Source: Auanema rhodensis (Eukaryota > Animalia > Nematoda). From it: a stretch of 64,000 bases of DNA. Made by a program: the position numbers and the translations under genes. A model generated the notes under the pieces. That model ran no database searches and was not told where the DNA came from. It saw nothing but the letters and a program-made list of their open reading frames with translations. The stretch lies in assembly GCA_964057225.1 (NCBI GenBank), contig OZ059894.1, positions 23,994,001 to 24,058,000 on the forward strand, given 5' to 3'. Numbering within the stretch: position 1 is the first letter of the stretch; each line of letters opens with the position of its first letter. Below are positions 41,901 to 54,900 of the stretch, piece by piece.

Positions 41901-42944
41901 GTTCATGGTAACCATGACTTTGATATTTACGTGAACTTCAATTTATGCTAATTAAATGTACACGTGATGTGCACTTGGTATGTAACTCGCTTCACGTGAA
42001 AGATAAAGAGATGCGGTTTTCAAAATTAGATTCCCCATGTCCATATTAGTCTAAAAACAAATTTTTATTGATATTGGTTCATGGTAACCATGACTTTGAA
42101 ATTTACGTGAACTTCAATTTATGCTAATTAAATGTACACGTGATGTGCACTTGGTATGTAACTCGCTTCACGTGAAAGATAAAAAGATGCGGTTTTCAAA
42201 ATTAGATTCCCCATGTCCATATTAGTCTAAAAACAAATTTTTATTGATATTGGTGCATGGTAACCATGACTTTGAAATTTACGTGAACTTTAATTTATGC
42301 TAATTAAATGTACACGTGATGTGCACTTGGTATGTAACTCGCTTCACGTGAAAGATAAAGAGATGCGGTTTTCAAAATTAGATTCCCCATGTCCATATTA
42401 GTCTAAAAACAAATTTTTATTGATATTGGTTCATGGTAACCATGACTTTGAAATTTACGTGAACTTTAATTTATGCTAATTAAATGTACACGTGATGTGC
42501 ACTTGGTATGTAACTCGCTTCACGTGAACGATAAAGAGATGCGGTTTTCAAAATTAGATTCCCCATGTCCATATTAGTCTAAAAACAAATTTTTATTGAT
42601 ATTGGTTCATGGTAACCATGACTTTGAAATTTACGTGAACTTTAATTTATGCTAATTAAATGTACACGTGATGTGCACTTGGTATGTAACTCGCTTCACG
42701 TGGAAGATAAAGAGATGCGGTTTTCAAAATTAGATTCCCCATGTCCATATTAGTCTAAAAACAAATTTTTATTGATATTGGTTCATGGTAACCATGACTT
42801 TGAAATTTACGTGAACTTCAATTTATGCTAATTAAATGTACACGTGATGTGCACTTGGTATGTAACTCGCTTCACGTGAAAGATAAAGAGATGCGGTTTT
42901 CAAAATTAGATTCCCCATGTCCATATTAGTCTAAAAACAAATTT
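26225..42944. repeat. Tandem duplication of a 41-monomer block (7,216 bp); the left copy (26225-35728) carries 13 extra monomers, the right copy is 35729-42944
   Basis: Rare markers recur 7,216 bp apart: 17T at 34337 and 41553, 36T at 34708 and 41924, 125A at 33389 and 40605. Upstream of the internal duplication the offset is 54 monomers (125A at 26701 and 36205). Confidence 0.85.
27633..32208. repeat. Tandem duplication of a 13-monomer block (2,288 bp) nested in the 41-mer: M158-170 and M171-183
   Basis: The series 167T, 120A, 113C, 113C, 2C+151A, 151A repeats at +2,288, for example 113C at 28449 and 30737, and 151A at 29015 and 31303. Confidence 0.88.
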
Positions 42945-45900
42945 TTATTGATATTGGTTCATGGTAACCATGACTTTGAAATTTACGTGAACTTTAATTT
43001 ATGCTAATTAAATGTACACGTGATGTGCACTTGGTATGTAACTCGCTTCACGTGTGAGATAAAGAGATGCGGTTTTCAAAATTAGATTCCCCATGTCCAT
43101 ATTAGTCTAAAAACAAATTTTTATTGATATTGGTGCATGGTAACCATGACTTTGAAATTTACGTGAACTTTAATTTATGCTAATTAAATGTACACGTGAT
43201 GTGCACTTGGTATGTAACTCGCTTCACGTGAAAGATAAAGAGATGCGGTTTTCAAAATTAGATTCCCCATGTCCATGTTAGTCTAAAAACAAATTTTTAT
43301 TGATATTGGTTCATGGTAACCATGACTTTGAAATTTACGTGAACTTTAATTTATGCTAATTAAATGTACACGTGATGTGCACTTGGTATGTAACTCGCTT
43401 CACGTGGAAGATAAAGAGATGCGGTTTTCAAAATTAGATTCCCCATGTCCATATTAGTCTAAAAACAAATTTTTATTGATATTGGTTCATGGTAACCATG
43501 ACTTTGAAATTTACGTGAACTTCAATTTATGCTAATTAAATGTACACGTGATGTGCACTTGGTATGTAACTCGCTTCACGTGGAAGATAAAGAGATGCGG
43601 TTTTCAAAATTAGATTCCCCATGTCCATATTAGTCTAAAAACAAATTTTTATTGATATTGGTTCATGGTAACCATGACTTTGAAATTTACGTGAACTTCA
43701 ATTTATGCTAATTAAATGTACACGTGATGTGCACTTGGTATGTAACTCGCTTCACGTGAAAGATAAAGAGATGCGGTTTTCAAAATTAGATTCCCCATGT
43801 CCATATTAGTCTAAAAACAACTTTTTATTGATATTGGTTCATGGTAACCATGACTTTGAAATTTACGTGAACTTTAATTTATGCTAATTAAATGTACACG
43901 TGATGTGCACTTGGTATGTAACTCGCTTCACGTGGAAGATAAAGAGATGCAGTTTTCAAAATTAGATTCCCCATGTCCATATTAGTCTAAAAACAAATTT
44001 TTATTGATATTGGTTCATGGTAACCATGACTTTGAAATTTACGTGAACTTCAATTTATGCTAATTAAATGTACACGTGATGTGCACTTGGTTTGTAACTC
44101 GCTTCACGTGAAAGATAAAGAGATGCGGTTTTCAAAATTAGATTCCACATGTCCATATTAGTTTAAAAACAAATTTTTATTGATATTGGTTCATGGTAAC
44201 CATGACTTTGAAATTTACGTGAACTTCAATTTATGCTAATTAAATGTACACGTGATGTGCACTTGGTATGTAACTCGCTTCACGTGAAAGATAAAGAGAT
44301 GCGGTTTTCAAAATTAGATTCCCCATGTCCATATTAGTCTAAAAACAACTTTTTATTGATATTGGTTCATGGTAACCATGACTTTGAAATTTACGTGAAC
44401 TTCAATTTATGCTAATTAAATGTACACGTGATGTGCACTTGGTATGTAACTCGCTTCACGTGAAAGATAAAGAGATGCGGTTTTCAAAATTAGATTCCCC
44501 ATGTCCATATTAGTCTAAAAACAACTTTTTATTGATATTGGTTCATGGTAACCATGACTTTGAAATTTACGTGAACTTCAATTTATGCTAATTAAATGTA
44601 CACGTGATGTGCACTTGGTATGTAACTCGCTTCACGTGAAAGATAAAGAGATGCGGTTTTTAAAATTAGATTCCCCATGTCCATATTAGTCTAAAAACAA
44701 ATTTTTATTGATATTGGTTCATGGTAACCATGACTTTGAAATTTACGTGAACTTCAATTTATGCTAATTAAATGTACACGTGATGTGCACTTGGTATGTA
44801 ACTCGCTTCACGTGAAAGATAAAAAGATGCGGTTTTCAAAATAAGATTCCCCATGTCCATATTAGTCTAAAAACAAATTTTTATTGATATTGGTGCATGG
44901 TAACCATGACTTTGAAATTTACGTGAACTTTAATTTATGCTAATTAAATGTACACGTGATGTGCACTTGGTATGTAACTCGCTTCACGTGAAAGATAAAG
45001 AGATGCGGTTTTCAAAATTAGATTCCCCATGTCCATATTAGTCTAAAAACAAATTTTTATTGATATTGGTTCATGGTAACCATGACTTTGAAATTTACGT
45101 GAACTTTAATTTATGCTAATTAAATGTACACGTGATGTGCACTTGGTATGTAACTCGCTTCACGTGAACGATAAAGAGATGCGGTTTTCAAAATTAGATT
45201 CCCCATGTCCATATTAGTCTAAAAACAAATTTTTATTGATATTGGTTCATGGTAACCATGACTTTGAAATTTACGTGAACTTTAATTTATGCTAATTAAA
45301 TGTACACGTGATGTGCACTTGGTATGTAACTCGCTTCACGTGAACGATAAAGAGATGCGGTTTTCAAAATTAGATTCCCCATGTCCATATTAGTCTAAAA
45401 ACAAATTTTTATTGATATTGGTTCATGGTAACCATGACTTTGAAATTTACGTGAACTTCAATTTATGCTAATTAAATGTACACGTGATGTGCACTTGGTA
45501 TGTAACTCGCTTCACGTGAAAGATAAAGAGATGCGGTTTTCAAAATTAGATTCCCCATGTCCATATTAGTCTAAAAACAAATTTTCATTGATATTGGTTC
45601 ATGGTAACCATGACTTTGAAATTTACGTGAACTTCAATTTATGCTAATTAAATGTACACGTGATGTGCACTTGGTATGTAACTCGCTTCACGTGAAAGAT
45701 AAAGAGATGCGGTTTTCAAAATTAGATTCCCCATGTCCATATTAGTCTAAAAACAAATTTTTATTGATATTGGTTCATGGTAACCATGACTTTGAAATTT
45801 ACGTGAACTTCAATTTATGCTAATTAAATGTACACGTGATGTGCACTTGGTATGTAACTCGCTTCACGTGAAAGATAAAGAGATGCGGTTTTCAAAATTA

Positions 45901-48900
45901 GATTCCCCATGTCCATATTAGTCTAAAAACAAATTTTTATTGATATTGGTTCATGGTAACCATGACTTTGAAATTTACGTGAACTTCAATTTATGCTAAT
46001 TAAATGTACACGTGATGTGCACTTGGTATGTAACTCGCTTCACGTGAAAGATAAAGAGATGCGGTTTTCAAAATTAGATTCCCCATGTCCATATTAGTCT
46101 AAAAACAAATTTTTATTGATATTGGTGCATGGTAACCATGACTTTGAAATTTACGTGAACTTTAATTTATGCTAATTAAATGTACACGTGATGTGCACTC
46201 GGTATGTAACTCGCTTCACGTGAAAGATAAAGAGATGCGGTTTTCAAAATTAGATTCCCCATGTCCATATTAGTCTAAAAACAAATTTTTATTGATATTG
46301 GTGCATGGTAACCATGACTTTGAAATTTACGTGAACTTTAATTTATGCTAATTAAATGTACACGTGATGTGCACTTGGTATGTAACTCGCTTCACGTGAA
46401 AGATAAAGAGTTGCGGTTTTCAAAATTAGATTCCCCATGTCCATATTAGTCTAAAAACAAATTTTTATTGATATTGGTTCATGGTAACCATGACTTTGAA
46501 ATTCACGTGAACTTCAATTTATGCTAATTAAATGTACACGTGATGTGCACTTGGTATGTAACTCGCTTCACGTGAAAGATAAAGAGATGCGGTTTTCAAA
46601 ATTAGATTCCCCATGTCCATATTAGTCTAAAAACAAATTTTTATTGATATTGGTTCATGGTGACCATGACTTTGAAATTTACGTGAACTTCAATTTATGC
46701 TAATTAAATGTACACGTGATGTGCACTTGGTATGTAACTCGCTTCACGTGAAAGATAAAGAGATGCGGTTTTCAAAATTAGATTCCCCATGTCCATATTA
46801 GTCTAAAAACAAATTTTTATTGATATTGGTGCATGGTAACCATGACTTTGAAATTTACGTGAACTTTAATTTATGCTAATTAAATGTACACGTGATGTGC
46901 ACTTGGTATGTAACTCGCTTCACGTGAAAGATAAAGAGATGCGGTTTTCAAAATTAGATTCCCCATGTCCATATTAGTCTAAAAACAAATTTTTATTGAT
47001 ATTGGTGCATGGTAACCATGACTTTGAAATTTACGTGAACTTTAATTTATGCTAATTAAATGTACACGTGATGTGCACTTGGTATGTAACTCGCTTCACG
47101 GGAAAGATAAAAAGATGCGGTTTTCAAAATTAAATTTTCCATGTCCATATTAGTCTAAAAACAAATTTTTATTGATATTGGTGCATGGTAACCATGACTT
47201 TGAAATTTACGTGAACTTTAATTTATGCTAATTAAATGTACACGTGATGTGCACTTGGTATGTAACTCGCTTCACGTGAAAGATAAAGAGATGCGGTTTT
47301 CAAAATTAGATTCCCCATGTCCATATTAGTCTAAAAACAAATTTTTATTGATATTGGTGCATGGTAACCATGACTTTGAAATTTACGTGAACTTTAATTT
47401 ATGCTAATTAAATGTACACGTGATGTGCACTTGGTATGTAACTCGCTTCACGTGAAAGATAAAGAGATGCGGTTTTCAAAATTAGATTCCCCATGTCCAT
47501 ATTAGTCTAAAAACAAATTTTTATTGATATTGGTTCATGGTAACCATGACTTTGAAATTTACGTGAACTTTAATTTATGCTAATTAAATGTACACGTGAT
47601 GTGCACTTGGTATGTAACTCGCTTCACGTGAAAGATAAAGAGATGCGGTTTTCAAAATTAGATTCCCCATGTCCATATTAGTCTAAAAACAAATTTTTAT
47701 TGATATTGGTTCATGGTAAACATGACTTTGAAATTTACGTGAACTTTAATTTATGCTAATTAAATGTACACGTGATGTGCACTTGGTATGTAACTCGCTT
47801 CACGTGAAAGATAAAGAGATGCGGTTTTCAAAATTAGATTCCCCATGTCCATATTAGTCTAAAAACAAATTTTTATTGATATTGGTGCATGGTAACCATG
47901 ACTTTGAAATTTACGTGAACTTTAATTTATGCTAATTAAATGTACACGTGATGTGCACTTGGTATGTAACTCGCTTCACGTGAAAGATAAAGAGATGCGG
48001 TTTTCAAAATTAGATTCCCCATGTCCATATTAGTCTAAAAACAAATTTTTATTGATATTGGTGCATGGTAACCATGACTTTGAAATTTACGTGAACTTTA
48101 ATTTATGCTAATTAAATGTACACGTGATGTGCACTTGGTATGTAACTCGCTTCACGTGAAAGATAAAGAGATGCGGTTTTCAAAATTAGATTCCCCATGT
48201 CCATATTAGTCTAAAAACGAATTTTTATTGATATTGGTTCATGGTAACCATGACTTTGAAATTTACGTGAACTTTAATTTATGCTAATTAAATGTACACG
48301 TGATGTGCACTTGGTATGTAACTCGCTTCACGTGAAAGATAAAGAGATGTGGTTTTCAAAATTAGATTCCCCATGTCCATATTAGTCTAAAAACAAATTT
48401 TTATTGATATTGGTTCATGGTAACCATGACTTTGAAATTTACGTGAACTTCAATTTATGCTAATTAAATGTACACGTGATGTGCCCTTGGTATGTAACTC
48501 GCTTCACGTGAAAGATAAAGAGATGCGGTTTTCAAAATTAGATTCCCCATGTCCATATTAGTCTAAAAACAAATTTTTATTGATATTGGTGCATGGTAAC
48601 CATGACTTTGAAATTTACGTGAACTTTAATTTATGCTAATTAAATGTACACGTGATGTGCACTTGGTATGTAACTCGCTTCACGTGAAAGATAAAGAGAT
48701 GCGGTTTTCAAAATTAGATTTCCCATGTCCATATTAGTCTAAAAACAAATTTTTATTGATATTGGTGCATGGTAACCATGACTTTGAAATTTACGTGAAC
48801 TTTAATTTATGCTAATTAAATGTACACGTGATGTGCACTTGGTATGTAACTCGCTTCACGTGAAAGATAAAGAGATGCGGTTTTCAAAATTAGATTCTTC

Positions 48901-51900
48901 ATGTCCATATTAGTCTAAAAACAAATTTTTATTGATATTGGTTCATGGTAACCATGACTTTGAAATTTACGTGAACTTTAATTTATGCTAATTAAATGTA
49001 CACGTGATGTGCACTTGGTATGTAACTCGCTTCACGTGAAAGATAAAGAGATGCGGTTTTTAAAATTAGATTCCCCATGTCCATATTAGTCTAAAAACAA
49101 ATTTTTATTGATATTGGTTCATGGTAACTATGACTTTGAAATTCACGTGAACTTCAATTTATGCTAATTAAATGTACACGTGATGTGCACTTGGTATGTA
49201 ACTCGCTTCACGTGAAAGATAAAGAGATGCGGTTTTCAAAATTAGATTCCCCATGTCCATATTAGTCTAAAAACAAATTTTTATTGATATTGGTTCATGG
49301 TAACCATGACTTTGAAATTTACGTGAACTTCAATTTATGCTAATTAAATGTACACGTGATGTGCACTTGGTATGTAACTCGCTTCACGTGAAAGATAAAG
49401 AGATGCGGTTTTCAAAATTAGATTCCCCATGTCCATATTAGTCTAAAAACAAATTTTTATTGATATTGGTTCATGTTGACCATGACTTTGAAATTTACGT
49501 GAACTTCAATTTATGCTAATTAAATGTACACGTGATGTGCACTTGGTATGTAACTCGCTTCACGTGAAAGATAAAGAGATGCGGTTTTCAAAATTAGATT
49601 CCCCATGTCCATATTAGTCTAAAAACAAATTTTTATTGATATTGGTGCATGGTAACCATGACTTTGAAATTTACGTGAACTTTAATTTATGCTAATTAAA
49701 TGTACACGTGATGTGCACTTGGTATGTAACTCGCTTCACGTGAAAGATAAAGAGATGCGGTTTTCAAAATTAAATTTTCCATGTCCATATTAGTCTAAAA
49801 ACAAATTTTTATTGATATTGGTGCATGGTAACCATGACTTTGAAATTTACGTGAACTTTAATTTATGCTAATTAAATGTACACGTGATGTGCACTTGGTA
49901 TGTAACTCGCTTCACGTGAAAGATAAAGAGATGCGGTTTTCAAAATTAGATTCCCCATGTCCATATTAGTCTAAAAACAAATTTTTATTGATATTGGTTC
50001 ATGGTAACCATGACTTTGAAATTTACGTGAACTTTAATTTATGCTAATTAAATGTACACGTGATGTGAACTTGGTATGTAACTCGCTTCACGTGAAAGAT
50101 AAAGAGATGCGGTTTTCAAAATTAGATTCCCCATGTCCATATTAGTCTAAAAACAAATTTTTATTGATATTGGTGCATGGTAACCATGACTTTGAAATTT
50201 ACGTGAACTTTAATTTATGCTAATTAAATGTACACGTGATGTGCACTTGGTATGTAACTCGCTTCACGTGAAAGATAAAGAGATGCGGTTTTCAAAATTA
50301 GATTTCCCATGTCCATATTAGTCTAAAAACAAATTTTTATTGATATTGGTGCATGGTAACCATGACTTTGAAATTTACGTGAACTTCAATTTATGCTAAT
50401 TAAATGTACACGTGATGTGCACTTGGTATGTAACTCGCTTCACGTGAAAGATAAAGAGATGCGGTTTTCAAAATTAGATTCCCCATGTCCATATTAGTCT
50501 AAAAACGAATTTTTATTGATATTGGTGCATGGTAACCATGACTTTGAAATTTACGTGAACTTTAATTTATGCTAATTAAATGTACACGTGATGTGCACTT
50601 GGTATGTAACTCGCTTCACGTGAAAGATAAAGAGATGCGGTTTTCAAAATTAGATTTCCCATGTCCATATTAGTCTAAAAACAAATTTTTATTGATATTG
50701 GTGCATGGTAACCATGACTTTGAAATTTACGTGAACTTTAATTTATGCTAATTAAATGTACACGTGATGTGCACTTGGTATGTAACTCGCTTCACGTGAA
50801 AGATAAAGAGATGCGGTTTTCAAAATTAGATTCCCCATGTCCATATTAGTCTAAAAACAAATTTTTATTGATATTGGTGCATGGTAACCATGACTTTGAA
50901 ATTTACGTGAACTTTAATTTATGCTAATTAAATGTACACGTGATGTGCACTTGGTATGTAACTCGCTTCACGTGAAAGATAAAGAGATGCGGTTTTCAAA
51001 ATTAGATTCCCCATGTCCATATTAGTCTAAAAACGAATTTTTATTGATATTGGTTCATGGTAACCATGACTTTGAAATTTACGTGAACTTTAATTTATGC
51101 TAATTAAATGTACACGTGATGTGCACTTGGTATGTAACTCGCTTCACGTGAAAGATAAAGAGATGTGGTTTTCAAAATTAGATTCCCCATGTCCATATTA
51201 GTCTAAAAACAAATTTTTATTGATATTGGTTCATGGTAACCATGACTTTGAAATTTACGTGAACTTCAATTTATGCTAATTAAATGTACACGTGATGTGC
51301 CCTTGGTATGTAACTCGCTTCACGTGAAAGATAAAGAGATGCGGTTTTCAAAATTAGATTCCCCATGTCCATATTAGTCTAAAAACAAATTTTTATTGAT
51401 ATTGGTGCATGGTAACCATGACTTTGAAATTTACGTGAACTTTAATTTATGCTAATTAAATGTACACGTGATGTGCACTTGGTATGTAACTCGCTTCACG
51501 TGAAAGATAAAGAGATGCGGTTTTCACAATTAGATTCCCCATGTCCATATTAGTCTAAAAACAAATTTTTATTGATATTGGTGCATGGTAACCATGACTT
51601 TGAAATTTACGTGAACTTTAATTTATGCTAATTAAATGTACACGTGATGTGCACTTGGTATGTAACTCGCTTCACGTGAAAGATAAAGAGATGCGGTTTT
51701 CAAAATTAGATTCTTCATGTCCATATTAGTCTAAAAACAAATTTTTATTGATATTGGTTCATGGTAACCATGACTTTGAAATTTACGTGAACTTTAATTT
51801 ATGCTAATTAAATGTACACGTGATGTGCACTTGGTATGTAACTCGCTTCACGTGAAAGATAAAGAGATGCGGTTTTCAAAATTAGATTCCCCATGTCCAT

Positions 51901-51920
51901 ATTAGTCTAAAAACAAATTT

Positions 51921-54900
51921 TTATTGATATTGGTTCATGGTAACTATGACTTTGAAATTCACGTGAACTTCAATTTATGCTAATTAAATGTACACGTGAT
52001 GTTCACTTGGTATGTAACTCGCTTCACGTGAAAGATAAAGAGATGCGGTTTTCAAAATTAGATTCCCCATGTCCATATTAGTCTAAAAACAAATTTTTAT
52101 TGATATTGGTTCATGGTAACCATGACTTTGAAATTTACGTGAACTTCAATTTATGCTAATTAAATGTACACGTGATGTGCACTTGGTATGTAACTCGCTT
52201 CACGTGAAAGATAAAGAGATGCGGTTTTCAAAATTAGATTCCCCATGTCCATATTAGTCTAAAAACAAATTTTTATTGATATTGGTTCATGGTGACCATG
52301 ACTTTGAAATTTACGTGAACTTCAATTTATGCTAATTAAATGTACACGTGATGTGCACTTGGTATGTAACTCGCTTCACGTGAAAGATAAAGAGATGCGG
52401 TTTTCAAAATTAGATTCCCCATGTCCATATTAGTCTAAAAACAAATTTTTATTGATATTGGTGCATGGTAACCATGACTTTGAAATTTACGTGAACTTTA
52501 ATTTATGCTAATTAAATGTACACGTGATGTGCACTTGGTATGTAACTCGCTTCACGTGAAAGATAAAGAGATGCGGTTTTCAAAATTAGATTCCCCATGT
52601 CCATATTAGTCTAAAAACAAATTTTTATTGATATTGGTGCATGGTAACCATGACTTTGAAATTTACGTGAACTTTAATTTATGCTAATTAAATGTACACG
52701 TGATGTGCACTTGGTATGTAACTCGCTTCACGGGAAAGATAAAAAGATGCGGTTTTCAAAATTAAATTTTCCATGTCCATATTAGTCTAAAAACAAATTT
52801 TTATTGATATTGGTGCATGGTAACCATGACTTTGAAATTTACGTGAACTTTAATTTATGCTAATTAAATGTACACGTGATGTGCACTTGGTATGTAACTC
52901 GCTTCACGTGAAAGATAAAGAGATGCGGTTTTCAAAATTAGATTCCCCATGTCCATATTAGTCTAAAAACAAATTTTTATTGATATTGGTTCATGGTAAC
53001 CATGACTTTGAAATTTACGTGAACTTTAATTTATGCTAATTAAATGTACACGTGATGTGCACTTGGTATGTAACTCGCTTCACGTGAAAGATAAAGAGAT
53101 GCGGTTTTCAAAATTAGATTCCCCATGTCCATATTAGTCTAAAAACAAATTTTTATTGATATTGGTGCATGGTAACCATGACTTTGAAATTTACGTGAAC
53201 TTTAATTTATGCTAATTAAATGTACACGTGATGTGCACTTGGTATGTAACTCGCTTCACGTGAAAGATAAAGAGATGCGGTTTTCAAAATTAGATTCCCC
53301 ATGTCCATATTAGTCTAAAAACAAATTTTTATTGATATTGGTTCATGGTAACCATGACTTTGAAATTTACGTGAACTTTAATTTATGCTAATTAAATGTA
53401 CACGTGATGTGCACTTGGTATGTAACTCGCTTCACGTGAAAGATAAAGAGATGCGGTTTTCAAAATTAGATTCCCCATGTCCATATTAGTCTAAAAACAA
53501 ATTTTTATTGATATTGGTGCATGGTAACCATGACTTTGAAATTTACGTGAACTTTAATTTATGCTAATTAAATGTACACGTGATGTGCACTTGGTATTTA
53601 ACTCGCTTCACGTGAAAGATAAAGAGATGCGGTTTTCAAAATTAGATTCCCCATGTCCATATTAGTCTAAAAACAAATTTTTATTGATATTGGTGCATGG
53701 TAACCATGACTTTGAAATTTACGTGAACTTTAATTTATGCTAATTAAATGTACACGTGATGTGCACTTGGTATGTAACTCGCTTCACGTGAAAGATAAAG
53801 AGATGCGGTTTTCAAAATTAGATTCCCCATGTCCATATTAGTCTAAAAACAAATTTTTATTGATATTGGTTCATGGTAACCATGACTTTGAAATTTACGT
53901 GAACTTTAATTTATGCTAATTAAATGTACACGTGATGTGCACTTGGTATGTAACTCGCTTCACGGGAAAGATAAAAAGATGCGGTTTTCAAAATTGAATT
54001 TTCCATGTCCATATTAGTCTAAAAACAAATTTTTATTGATATTGGTGCATGGTAACCATGACTTTGAAATTTACGTGAACTTTAATTTATGCTAATTAAA
54101 TGTACACGTGATGTGCACTTGGTATGTAACTCGCTTCACGTGAAAGATAAAGAGATGCGGTTTTCAAAATTAGATTCCCCATGTCCATATTAGTCTAAAA
54201 ACAAATTTTTATTGATATTGGTTCATGGTAACCATGACTTTGAAATTTACGTGAACTTTAATTTATGCTAATTAAATGTACACGTGATGTGCACTTGGTA
54301 TGTAACTCGCTTCACGTGAAAGATAAAGAGATGCGGTTTTCAAAATTAGATTCCCCATGTCCATATTAGTCTAAAAACAAATTTTTATTGATATTGGTGC
54401 ATGGTAACCATGACTTTGAAATTTACGTGAACTTTAATTTATGCTAATTAAATGTACACGTGATGTGCACTTGGTATTTAACTCGCTTCACGTGAAAGAT
54501 AAAGAGATGCGGTTTTCAAAATTAGATTCCCCATGTCCATATTAGTCTAAAAACAAATTTTTATTGATATTGGTGCATGGTAACCATGACTTTGAAATTT
54601 ACGTGAACTTTAATTTATGCTAATTAAATGTACACGTGATGTGCACTTGGTATGTAACTCACTTCACGTGAAAGATAAAGAGATGCGGTTTTCAAAATTA
54701 GATTCCCCATGTCCATATTAGTCTAAAAACAAATTTTTATTGATATTGGTGCATGGTAACCATGACTTTGAAATTTACGTGAACTTTAATTTATGCTAAT
54801 TAAATGTACACGTGATGTGCACTTGGTATGTAACTCGCTTCACGTGAAAGATAAAGAGATGCGGTTTTCAAAATTAGATTCCCCATGTCCATATTAGTCT

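Noticed and set aside
47089-47105. CENP-B box-like motif TCGCTTCACGGGA created by the 109G variant
   Set aside because: The canonical box needs TTCG-N4-A-N2-CGGG, with 7 nt between TCG and CGGG. Here the spacer is 5 nt and the first T is missing.
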